DNA of 63,081 bases, counting the filler, from Octopus bimaculoides (lineage: Eukaryota): assembly GCF_001194135.2 (NCBI RefSeq). It is 7 parts of 6 records of this genome, joined end to end, with 100 filler letters (N's around TTAATTAATTAA, not from the genome) between each part and the next. Parts side by side here need not be neighbours in the genome. Positions count along the whole stretch, not along the records: positions 17,547 to 34,696 come from NC_068984.1; positions 34,797 to 41,981 come from NC_068992.1; 5 more parts are not named here. One strand, given 5' to 3'. Positions 27,255-38,607 of the stretch are shown in pieces. The stretch's first letter is position 1; every line of letters starts with the position of its first letter. The notes beneath the pieces are model-generated. The model did not search any database. It saw only the letters and a list, made by a program, of their open reading frames with translations, and was not told where the DNA came from. The translations under genes and the position numbers were made by a program.

Positions 27255-27598
27255 AAGGGCCAATTTCTTGGTTTCCGTGGTGTATACAGGGTGTCCACAA
27301 AGTCTGGGTACATGGAGTAAATAAAATCATAACATAAACAATTAAATATAAGAAATAATAATTTCTTAAAGTATGTGTTAATCTCCATGTACCCAGACTT
27401 TGTGGACACCCTGTATATTCTCCACCTGGATGGGACACTGGTCCATCACAGGGTTACTCATTTTTGCCAACTGAGTGGACTGGAGCAAGTGAAATGAAGT
27501 GTTTTGCTCAAGAACATGTGACGCCCGGTCCAGGAATTGAAACCGCAATCTTATGATCATGAGTCCAACACCCTAACCACTAAGCTATGCGCCTCCAC
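27255..27598 (-). mobile_element. tRNA-derived SINE family D (CORE-like), interrupted by a MITE
   Basis: Minus-strand head GTGGAGGCGCATAGCTTAGTGGTTAGGGTGTTGGACTC...GGTTTCAATTCC (A and B boxes); core GAGTGGACTGGAGCAAGTGAAATGAAGTGTTTTGCTCAAGAAC. Confidence 0.75.
27287..27413. mobile_element. 127-bp Tc1/mariner-type MITE
   Basis: Perfect 31-bp TIRs CAGGGTGTCCACAAAGTCTGGGTACATGGAG (27287-27317 and 27383-27413), TA on both sides, AT-rich spacer. Confidence 0.92.
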
Positions 27599-27893
27599 TA
27601 GGAACGGTTACCAGCGTTTGAAACCATACCAAAATGAAACTTGTGGCATGAAACCTGATCTTATGCTCCTCCAGGCAGTAATTCAAAATGAGAACTAATT
27701 AAGATCTTGACAACCTGTTCAACAATAGGGCAAAGTAGATGTCAAAATGATGAAAGCAATGATGAATATGATGATGATGATGTCGATGATAATGATATTG
27801 ATGATGATGATGTTGATGACGATGATGATGATGATGATGATGTTGGTGGTGATAATAGTAGCAGCAACAGCAGTGGTAACATCAGCAGCAGCA

Positions 27894-27956
<63 letters not shown>

Positions 27957-28959
27957 ATGATTAATATGATAGTGGTGTTGGTAGTGATGGTGGTGATGTT
28001 GCTGCTACTGATGATGTTAATGATGGTGGTGGTGGTGGTGGTGGTGGTGATGTTGATAACGATGAGATGATGATGTTGGTGATGATGTTGATGATGATGA
28101 TAACGACGACAACGACATTGATGATGATATATTCCCGAAGAGATCATTCTTGTCCCCTTTCCAGCAAAAAGAATCGGCAGTCCTATACATGACCTCAGTT
28201 GTCTTTCGAGGGTTAAATCACTGCATCAAAAAACAAAATACTCGGGTAGTTAGGTAGTTACGTGGTAACTTTTATTACTCGGTGTTATATAGCCCAAAAG
28301 ATAACAAACAAACCACCACCACCGCCACCACTGCCGCCACCACCACCACCACCAACACCAGTGGTAGAATTGATCACGTGACTTTCACTTCAGACATGTA
28401 GAATTGGAATTACTTCACTATTTCCATTGACGAATTCAGAGAAGGCAGAGAACAAGAAAACGGTGAAAACAGAAACTATCCAAACATTACATGCTTTATC
28501 AATGACTTAGATTTCTTTAATTTAATTGAAACTACAATATTTGTTTTGTTACGAGTGTAAAGGAAAACAAATACCCTTGCTTGTCTGCTACAGACTTCAA
28601 AGTTTGTCTAAATTTACCAAGAATTAGATAGCATGACCGTGTGGTTAAGAAGTCTGCTTCCTAGCCCCATGGTTTCAGGTTCCGTCCCCACTGCGGTGTG
28701 GCACGTGTCTTTTACTATAGCTCCGGATTGTTCAAAACTTTATGAGTTAAATGGTGAGTGAAAAAAGCTTATTATATAACTGTCTGTCTGTGACTCTGTC
28801 TATCTATCTTTCTATCTGTCTACCTATATATCTATTCATCCATCATCCTATCTATCTGTCTGTCTGTCTGTCAGTTTGTCTATGTATATATCTGTGTGTG
28901 TGTGTGTGTATGTATGTATGTGTATATATGTATATATATATCTATAGAGATGTATATAT

Positions 28960-30980
28960 ATCTACAGAGATTGCACATCGCATTGAGTGGGATTCCTTCA
29001 CTGTTAGCGCTCACCGTCAGAGATCTAATCACAGACACGCCACCAGATGCTTCCTACAACAGTATAAAAGCAGAGGTCCTTCGTAGGAATTCTAAATCCT
29101 CCGAGAGTTGCTTTCGTACGCTTTTGGAGGACGCAGATTTGGGGGATAGAACTCCAACAGAAGAAAATTCATTCATGAAAGAACTATTTTTCTCTCGGCT
29201 ACCATCCAATGTCCAGTCCATCCTAGCGCCTATGAAAGAGGGTAGCTCGCTGGAACAGATAGCTACGTCTGCAGACAAGATACTGGAATTATCCAGGTCT
29301 GCCTCGTCCGCTGACAAGGTAGCAGCTATTACTTTGTCTACAGGTACCTGGGATTCTTCATCGACCGATGTAGCATCACAAGCAGAAACCCTGAAGGCAA
29401 TTAAGGACTTGGTACAACAGGTTTCGCGGTTGTGTCGTGTGCGTGCCTCTTTTTCCCGATTGTCTTTCGGGAGTCGTTTTAGGCATCGTTCTTCTCACCA
29501 GTGTGCCATCACTTCGTCCGACACGCCGTATTGGTACCATCGACGATTCGGGGATAAGGTACGCCAGTGTAGACAGCCTTGCTCCTACTCCTCACAGGGA
29601 AACTAGACCGCTAGACCCTGAGCAAGTAAGCCGTCCCCGTGCTTCGTTCTACTCTGCATCGTGCATTTTTTGTTAGAGACGTCAACTCTTTTAAGCCTTT
29701 CATGGTCGACATAGGAGTCAGTGTCAGTATTTGGCCCTTACGTTTCACCTCGACTAGGCCTCAAACTTCTGATATTTCTTTGTATCCTGTTAACCACTTT
29801 ACTATCCGGACTTACAGACAGATTTCCTTTTCTGTGGATTTATCTCTACATAGAGATTTTAAATGGATTTTCGTCATCACGGATCTACCTTATCCAATAT
29901 TGGGTGCGGATTTTCTACACCACAACTCATGGTTGATGTGAGAAGGCAACAGCTTCTCGACGATACCAGCTCCTATTCAAACTCCTACAAAGAGTTCCAC
30001 TGTCGCTCCTGTAGGTCCCTCTTTCTTCGTTGCCACCTCGGGGGACCCGTATCACGCATTGCTTGCTTCTTTTCCGGAGCTTGCTGACTTGTCGTTTAAA
30101 CCAACCGAGCTTGTTCACTGAACGAAACATTTCATCTCCACGAAGGGACCTCCTGTTTTTTCCCATCCGCGGCGGTTGGCACCGGGCAAGCTTAAGGCAG
30201 CTCGAGCTGAATTTGAACATATGCTCCAGCTTCGTCTTATTCGACCATCCACGAGCCCATGGACATCTCCTTTACACATGGCAAACAAAAAAAGGTACAG
30301 CAGACTTCTGACCAGTTGGGGATTTCAGGCGCCTCAATGCCATCGCTATCCCTAACAGATATCCTTTACCTAATCTCAGGATTTTTCATCTGCTTTACAT
30401 GGATGCACCGTTTTCCCCAAGATTGACCTGGTACGTGCATACCACCAAATACCAGTGAACTCGGCAAATATCCCGAAAACAGCCATGACCACTCCAGTTA
30501 GCTCGTTCGAGTTCTTATCTATGTCATTTGGACGGCGTAATGCCGCCAGCACTTTCCAGCGGTTCATTGATGAAGTCGTTCGTGGGATGGATTTCGGTTT
30601 TGCTTACGTGGACGACCTCCTCATAGCCAGTGACACAGCAGAACATCATCATCAACACCTATCTCAGTTGTTTCAGCGTCTCCGGTCGTACAATGTCAAG
30701 GTCAACCCTGCAAAGGGTGTGTTTGGTACAACTTCGTTGGAGTTCCTGGGACATCTTATAGACTCTGAAGGCATTCGGCCCCTGCCGGCAAAGGTGGAAG
30801 CGACTCAGCAACTTTCACCCCCACCTCCTTGAAACAGTTACGTCATTTCCTAGGGTTAATTAACTTCTATCGTTGCTTTATTCCTCACTGTGCGGACAAG
30901 TTGTTTCCCTTGACTCAGCTTTTGAAGGACAAGAAAAAGAAAGATTCTCCTATTTCTCTTTCTTCCGACGCTTTGCTACA
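28960..30980 (+). mobile_element. Ty3/Gypsy LTR-retrotransposon internal fragment (gag, protease, RT, start of RNase H region); no LTRs
   Basis: Gag-like LGDRTP..FMKELFFSRLPSNVQSILA with a knuckle-like YWYHRRFG..RQCRQPCSY; protease-like FMVDIGVSVSI; RT motifs DFRRLNA..RYPLP, KIDLVRAYHQIP, KTAMTTP..FEFLSMSFG..NAASTFQRFID, YVDDLLIAS, LEFLGH, LRHFLGLINFY. Several frameshifts and stops. Confidence 0.95.
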
Positions 30981-30992
30981 TAATATATATAA

Positions 30993-31030
<38 letters not shown>

Positions 31031-31989
31031 AGCTCACGTAAAATAGCCGACGCGCTATCGAATTTTTACTTCTTGAAACTCTGAAGCTAAATTTATCACT
31101 GATTACAGATGTAAAACGACCAAAGGGATAATAATTATTAGACTTGTTATAAATCTTAAGTTGAATCTGATGGAAGCGTTTTGTCACCTATTTGGAAACA
31201 CAAACTTTATTCTATACACTTTAGTTAACTAGCTTAACAAATCGTTTGTAAACATCACCGGCAATAAACAGGCATAATTATAGTTATAGTTCGAACGTAG
31301 CTATATAGGTCACAAATTAACCATAGCAACCTCTTTATTGCCTGTGTTTACAAACTCTTTTCTCGTATTACGGATTTGTTCGTTTATCATTTCCGATGAT
31401 TTCTTGCCTTATCTAAAAGAATGAAACCTATAATCAGTTCTCAGTCTCCACTATTCGAAAAAGCTATAACAGTAATGAACAACTTAAGAACAACAGTTAC
31501 GCAGTCTTTCAAATCTAAAGTAGACGAACATATACTGCTTGCAATCAAAACGGATGACCTTCTACTCTTAAACATAATGTAGGCCTTTTTGTGTTCTTTT
31601 CTCTTCACTAATTTTTACAGACTAAATTCGTTGCAAGGTAAAGCGGGGAGGATTATGCGATCATTGGAGCTATCGATAAGTGTTGCAGTTTTCTCTTAGA
31701 CAAACGATTTAATCTAAACACTGATCACTTACCCATATTTTTTATTTGTTTGATATGAAACACAAGTAAGGTTTAACATGTGAAAAAATGTCGCGCTGAC
31801 GATTAGAATTCTATTACCGTCAAGCTGCCATAGAGGAGCTATTGCTTGATTTTGTGGTGTCGACTCACAGAGTAGCCTCTTAGAATTTACAAATCCCTCG
31901 GTTATTTTAAGATTGATGGATTTTATTCGGCTCCGAAATCTTACTATCATCTACTTTTATCGACGGATGGCATTAAACGTACTGTTTTT

Positions 31990-32960
31990 GGATGCCATAT
32001 TTGTCTGAAGCTAAAGAAACAATGTCGTATGAAACCATATCCGTTCATCAGATCCACATATTCTATTGACCTCTTAAGCATAACTTTTAAGGATTTGTTA
32101 CCTTAACTTTTAATCGATGCAGGTGAATATCCCTGACTTCCGTTTGCTTTACCTTATTTCAACATCTTTTAATCGACTATCATTTCTTGCTTGACTATGT
32201 TATTTCTGTTTTCGGTTTTTTTCTGGCTATGTCCGCTCAGCTAGAAGAATGTCTTACGTGTCTTCTGAAGTGAAATCTTTACTGCATGATAAAGGTTCCC
32301 CATCTGGCTTCTTTGCTCCAGACCACTCAACTCGAAATGAGAAATGTGAGAGTTATATCGGTATCGTTAGGAAAACTGACATTATCTCTAGTATCTAAAA
32401 ATCTTCCGGTACCTACAATGGAATCTCTTTTGTTTGATTTCTGACATTCGATGCAATTCTTGTGTATACCCACAAACACTTAATAAACTAGATGTAATAT
32501 TTTGTCCCAGAGAAATTTCTCATAGAGACTGTGCATTAAAAAATAACTGAGTTCGCTATATGCTTTTAACACATAATCGGCGAATCATCAAACATAGCGT
32601 TTAGTCTTCATTTGGTCTCACGACAACATTCTGAGACAGCCTGTGTTTTTTTTTTAACATACAAGTACTTTTGAGAAGTTTTTCTGAAACAAAATATGAT
32701 AGCTATACTTTTGTTTTACTTTTGCATATATATTATACACATCGTTACTTCATCTAATGCTGTTTCTAATGTATATATAGATATAATGAACGTTTCTTCA
32801 TCTTTCTTCTATCAACGACTGCATGAATCGATGCTCCAACTTGGCTTTCCTTGTCCGGAAAGGTTCTGTTGACGAGCTAAGCCGATCTTTGGTCCATGAA
32901 GTTGAACTATAGGAACAAAGTCATGAGATATCTCAGACAAGACTGAGGTCGATCATGACA
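31990..32960 (+). pseudogene. Heavily decayed Gypsy-type integrase
   Basis: Collinear remnants across frames: LSITFKDLLP (~L-x-IDFKGPLP), GEYP*LPFALP (~DEYSRFPFAFP), IISCLTMLF, GYVRSARRMSYVSSEVKSLLHDKG (~YIHSDRG-x-SFMS-x-ELK-x-FL-x-x-KG), RNEKCESYIGIVRKT (~GNGQCERYNG-x-IWKT), then PTWLSLSGKVLL and LVHEVEL after a ~300-nt interruption. Read by eye. Confidence 0.6.
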
Positions 32961-33176
32961 AAAGTACTCCAGCTGGACGTGTCGAGATTCCTGAGAATTG
33001 CCTTGACTCGTTTACATTGACTCTTTATCAGAGATGTAACCAGGTTCTAAAGTCAGAGGGAACCGAGCACATAAAAAAAAAAACGATTTTGTGACTCATA
33101 CTAGACATTTTAAAACTAATTTCTCTTATATTACGCGAAATATTTCATTAGTTATGATATACGTAATTGTATTCTA

Positions 33177-33346
33177 GGCGTAGGATGGCTGTGTGGTAAG
33201 TAGCTTGCTTACCAACAACATGGCTCCGGGTTCAATCCCACTGCGTGGCATCTTGGGCAAGTGTCTTCTACTATAGGCTCGGGTCGACCAAAGCCTTGTG
33301 AGTGGATTTGGTAGACAGAAACTGAAAGAAGCCTGTCGTATATATG

Positions 33347-33412
<66 letters not shown>

Positions 33413-33640
33413 TGTGTGTATATGTTTGTGTGTCTGTGTTTGTCCCCCCAGAATCACTTGACAACCGATGGTGGTGTGTTTAAGTTCCCGTAACCTAGCG
33501 GTTCGGCAAAAGATACTGATAGAATAAGTACTAGGCTTACAAAGAATAAGTCCTGGGGTCGATTTGCTCGACTAAAAAGCGGTGCTCCAGCATGGCCGCA
33601 GTCAAATGACTGAAACAAGTAAAAGAGTAAAAGAGTAAAG
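33177..33640 (+). mobile_element. SINE family A, full-length reference-like copy with internal (TA)n
   Basis: Complete head (GGCTGTGTGGTAAG...GGGTTCAATCCC), core, microsatellite, 3' module and (AAAAGAGT)n tail. Confidence 0.88.
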
Positions 33641-34696
33641 AAAGAGTATTTATTAATGTCAGGTTTCGGTAACAATGCCATTATGTATGAAACTTGCAAT
33701 TACTGATAAAGGTAACTAAATAGTTTTTTTAAAAATTGTTGAAAAGACAACTATTTTGAAAAAGTATGCTCGGAGGGATCGGTCACCTTCCACCGCTCCC
33801 CTAATAGCTACGTCATTGCTCTTGATAACGTTCCTATACAGGAATTAGATTAAACTAATGGATCATCTACAGAGTTTGTGAGCCCCTCAGGAAATACTCA
33901 ATACCTGACAACCTCTGGTGCCATCCAAGAATTTGTGTTATATCATGTCACATTTCGAAGGTTACACTTTAACAATCTGAGAGTCGTAAAAGCCGATAAA
34001 GTTACGTCTTGTGACTTAAAATGTCGATTATATCCCATTTCTTTTGAAGGTATTATACATGTGACCAACAGCTGACCGAAAGTGTCATTAAGATATGGCA
34101 TGATGTTGCTAAAACAGTTAACAATGGCATCCGCAGGAAAAAGACTGTTCTCAGATACGTACATACATGCGTTTCAACTTCAGAATAATGAGTAGACAAT
34201 TTTTGTACAAAAAAATCGGCTGCAAATTACAAACCTACGAAATTTGATATAATTGTAGCCCCGCAGATGTGAATATTTCTTTCAAAATTACAAGGAAAGA
34301 AAATTTCTATTGGCCCTCTTGCCTATGTGCTCCAGTTGCCTAAGAAGTAATCTAAACCCCTTATCAGGGAGATTTTCAAACACAAGAAAAATGGCCAGCT
34401 AGCATGCACTCTGAAAATAGTATCCATATGCGAAACACTACACTAAAAATATACAATACTTTTTAAAAGTTCAACATGTTTTAATAATAATTCCAATGAA
34501 TTGTTTCTTTATTAGAAACCGACTCCTTTATAGGAAAAAGTCATATAATTAAAAAGAAACATGATACGCACGCATTCATGTACATGTTACACATACATAC
34601 GTATATACGTGCATATATACTTGCATGTAAATATCTATACATGCATAAATACATGCATACAAGCATGCATAAGGACGTATATATATATATATATAT

Positions 34697-34796
34697 NNNN
34701 NNNNNNNNNNNNNNNNNNNNNNNNNNNNNNNNNNNNNNNNTTAATTAATTAANNNNNNNNNNNNNNNNNNNNNNNNNNNNNNNNNNNNNNNNNNNN
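34697..34796. other. Artificial 100-nt scaffold-join spacer
   Basis: N44-TTAATTAATTAA-N44. Confidence 0.97.
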
Positions 34797-34965
34797 GTTG
34801 GCCTCCGCAGGTGGGTACGGAGGTCATAAATGTCATTGAAGGTAATGAAATAGAAAGGATTTGCGACAAGAAGGACTTCGTCTCCATTAAGTCGGGCCAG
34901 CCAATGCCCGCTTTCCTGCAGGCAGCAGGAATCCTGCTTGAGGGCCCGGATGTAGAGGATATATA
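34797..34965 (-). mobile_element. Possible LINE AP-endonuclease N-terminal fragment
   Basis: GC-richer island reading YIRALKQDSCCLQES, resembling the APE D-I-x-CLQE motif; short and cut by the spacer. Confidence 0.4.
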
Positions 34966-35514
34966 GAATTTGATTTGATTTGATTTTGCTGTTGTAATGA
35001 TGGTTTCTATTCAACAAGGTTTTTGAGGGGTTATCGGTAGGCGGGCGCCGGTGTCCCTCCTATTTTTTACTCATCTTTTTGTATTCCTTTCATTCATTAA
35101 TGTCTGTGTCCAGCCCGCAGCTCCTTTATGTCTGTTTGTCTTTGTTTGTCCCCTCTATGTAATGCCTTTATGGCAAAATTTATGAAAAAAACAAGCTTGC
35201 TTCCCAACCACACGGTTCCGGGTTCAGTCCCAACGTGTGACAGCTTGGGCATGTGTCTTCTACTATAGCATAGTGCCGACAAAAGTATTAGATTACACAC
35301 ACACACNNNNNNNNNNATATTAGAATGCAGTGTTGTCCGAGGAGAGAGCAGCGGTCCAACATCAAGTAACAATCATTCGGTGACGTCTACTTTGAAATTC
35401 ATGCATTAAATTATCACTTTCCTAATTAAATGGAATTAATTTGCTTTTCTAAAATTATTAATGAATATTTATAATGCCAACTTGCATTGGAAGTACACAA
35501 CTATATAAAGGGTA

Positions 35515-35775
35515 ATGGTAAAGACTCCCTTGTGGGCATGAATGACAACGGGATTGTATCTACAAAGTTACCTTCCGAGGCACAAACTGGGTAAGGTTGT
35601 CTGTGGAAGACCAGCAGTCGGCCTTCTCTCTCAACGCCATTGTTGTTATCTAAAGAAAAGCAATGGTCGATACAGCTTTGCACCAGTGACTCATTTCTTC
35701 AGCTGAGTGAACTGGAGCAACGTGAAATAAAGTGCCTTGGTCAAGAATACAACAAAAGCCCGGTCCGGGAATCAG
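35515..35775 (-). mobile_element. SINE family D-related (CORE-like) copy
   Basis: CAGCTGAGTGAACTGGAGCAACGTGAAATAAAGTGCCTTGGTCAAGAA...CCCGGTCCGGGAATC matches the core of 27255-27598. Confidence 0.65.
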
Positions 35776-35776
35776 C

Positions 35777-35853
<77 letters not shown>

Positions 35854-35884
35854 ATCTATATGTATATGTATATGTATGTATGTG

Positions 35885-36225
35885 CAGATTTCTATGCTTT
35901 ATGTATGTATTCTCATGCATATTGTTGCATATCTAGACTTGCTAATATATATTTGAATGATAAATTTCAGGAAAGTTTTACAGATTTCTACATTTCCAGT
36001 GATGGACTGGATCTGTAGTGTTCGAATTAGCTTTCTTATTTCTGGTTTTGAGAAGCCTAATTTCTGAGAAGTGGTATTTAAGCAGTGTGTTACATATCCT
36101 AGGGCCCCAGTAATTACAGGTATAAACCTGATCTTGTAATATGGATAGAGTAACTGCAGATTTCTCAATATTACAGCAGACGTGTTCTCTTTTTCACTGA
36201 TCTTCAACTTTACGTTAACTGTATG
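35885..36225 (-). mobile_element. 3' fragment of an RLE-type (R4/Dong-like) non-LTR retrotransposon
   Basis: NVKLKISEKEN...LQLLYPYYKIRFIPVITGALG...LQIQSITGNVEICKTFLKF resembles the tail of the restriction-like endonuclease domain (EK-x-x-KY...IP-x-x-x-GALG); flanked by (TATG)n on both sides. Confidence 0.7.
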
Positions 36226-36559
36226 TATGTATGTATGTATGTATGTATGTATATATGTAGGTATGTATACCTTTATATTGTCGAGTAATAAACTTTTCAT
36301 TATGGCATATGATCGGTTACAAGTTACCATTGGTTCTTCCTCTTTATTGCAGTTTTACAAAAACAATTACAAAAACAAAAAGAAACGTAGGAAATATGGT
36401 TACTGAAGCTTGAAAGTTTCATTGCTACTTTTCTTTTCAGAACATGTGTGTGTCTGTTTGTGTGTGTGAGCGTGCATGTACTCAGATACGCAAACATGCA
36501 CACGCAGATAGCTATTTCTAGGCTTACTTTCCAATATTAAATATTTTTATCACAATAAA

Positions 36560-36776
36560 GCGGTGAGCTGGCAGAAACGTTAGCAAGCCGGACGAAATGC
36601 TTAGCGGTATTTCGTCTGTCTTTACTTTCTGAGTTCAAATTCCGCCGAAGTCGACTTTGCCTTTGATCCTTTTGGGGTCGATAAATTAAGTACCAGTTGC
36701 GTACTGGGGTCGATCTAATCGACTGACCCCCTACCCCCCAAAAATTTCCGGTCTTGTGCCTAGAGTAGAAAAGAAT
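36560..36776 (+). mobile_element. SINE family B, full-length monomer
   Basis: GCGGTGAGCTGGCAGAAACGTTAGC...CTGAGTTCAAATTCCGCCG (B box)...tail CTAGAGTAGAAAAGAAT. Confidence 0.85.
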
Positions 36777-38537
36777 CTTTATATCACAATTCTTTGCGTT
36801 CAGCAGAGGGCAGTGAATTTCATGTAGCATAAGTTAAATCTTTGTACTTTCAGATAAACTGAAGGGTTTTTTTGTATGCCATTGTATCTTGCAACTCCGG
36901 TTTTAAACGATTGATGATGGGTAAAGACACATGGCAAAAATATACGAAAACACATGGCGATTTTTTTGATTCACAACAAATCGATATTTTATTTAGCTTC
37001 CGGAATAAAATAAATCGTTCGACTACTTGTTGCATGTGTATCTAGTTGTTGAGTCCAGGAATATGTGCCATTATTTACTCTGCAGTTCAAGTATAAAATC
37101 GATGAATTGAGGAATTGGTATTTCTTGTGGCATGCTCGAATGTTTGGAAACTTGAAAGAAAGAAAAAAAGAAAAGAGAGAGACGTTAGTATGGAGAGGAA
37201 TCAAAATTTTGATAGATAAGTAGTTCGTGACCTCTTGCAACCACAATAAGCCTCAACTACTCCAATTGACTTAGAGCAGGCGAAACATTTTCGGTATGCA
37301 TGATCTACCATATTTAAAAATTACATTCACTAGGACGCAAATGGTAATTATTTGTTGTAAGATTTTTTACACTTCACTAGTTCAGAATAGAATGACTTTT
37401 GCGGGGTGGCGGTTGGAAAATTATTATACACCGAGTACTGTATCAAAATCACATGATAGATTCTGATAGCTTCAACGAAAACAACTTTTCTGAAGTGATT
37501 ACATTTTCTAGAAGAAATGGAAGGTTTTAAATACCAAATTGTTCGCTTCACACGCTGTAAAGATTGACATCTGGAACTGTATTCTAGTGTGAAGTATGTT
37601 TATTCTTTTAGCCTTCATCAGCATTAGTTTATAAAGTATCAGTAAAGAATGCGTTGTATTGTGTGAGATTAAATGATTTTTATTTACAAAGCAATCCCTC
37701 CTCATTCTGCTAAGAAAATGTGAGCTTTATTGTGTGTCTTGATAACAGGCTTTTGTGTACTTTGGCAGAAACTAAAATCGAGATGTTTGCAGAAGCTCAT
37801 CCCTTATATTATCAACGGTAATTTCGCTGATGTCCTTGAAGTTGACATTAAAATACTTCAGTGTTTAGAGAACTTGCATTTCCTGCATGGAAACACTTCA
37901 AAGACATGTCTTTCGCAATCCGTTCCATAGACATACATATCATAAATGTCTAATTTACTTTGCTGTCTCTATATTAAAATGTTAAACAAATTAATACATA
38001 TTAAATAATTCTCACCGTTTTTCTCTATGTGCGATTACCTTCAGATTTAGTAGTTAAATATGTCATTGACTATAGAAATGAGGGAATGAATAATAATACG
38101 TGTGCATCTAACATTCTAAGATTATTTGAATGACTTTAAATATATTATTAATTTCGTGACGATCGCCGTATCACGAAGTCCAGCGAAAGGATTACGCTGA
38201 AAGAGGCAGTGCAGTATGCTGTGATTATTTCTACGGATGATTCTCTCGACATCAATCAGAATAAGCAGAGAATTGATTTGAAAACGCTAGCGGTTGTGTT
38301 TCCTTCAAAATGGTTCCGGAGCGAAAATTATTTGAGAGCAACAGTTATATTATTTTATTCATTTATTTGTATATTTGTATATTTATATATTTATTTCCTT
38401 TACACTACGACTCCATTTGCCGCAAAAAATTAGCTGTGGCCAAACCAGTATTTACGTTATCATTGAGGCTGCAGCATGATTGGGAAACCGTCAACGTGGA
38501 AGTAGAGACCAGAATCATTTTCTCAGGACCCGTGTCA

Positions 38538-38607
38538 TTCTAAATCTTAACTTTCAAAACATAATGGATCTGGGGATCCATTGTGTTTTGAAAGTTAAGA
38601 TTTAGAA
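38538..38607. repeat. 33-bp inverted repeat (hairpin) with a 4-nt loop
   Basis: Arms 38538-38570 and 38575-38607 are reverse complements except one position, which is a U:G pair on the + strand. Confidence 0.95.
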
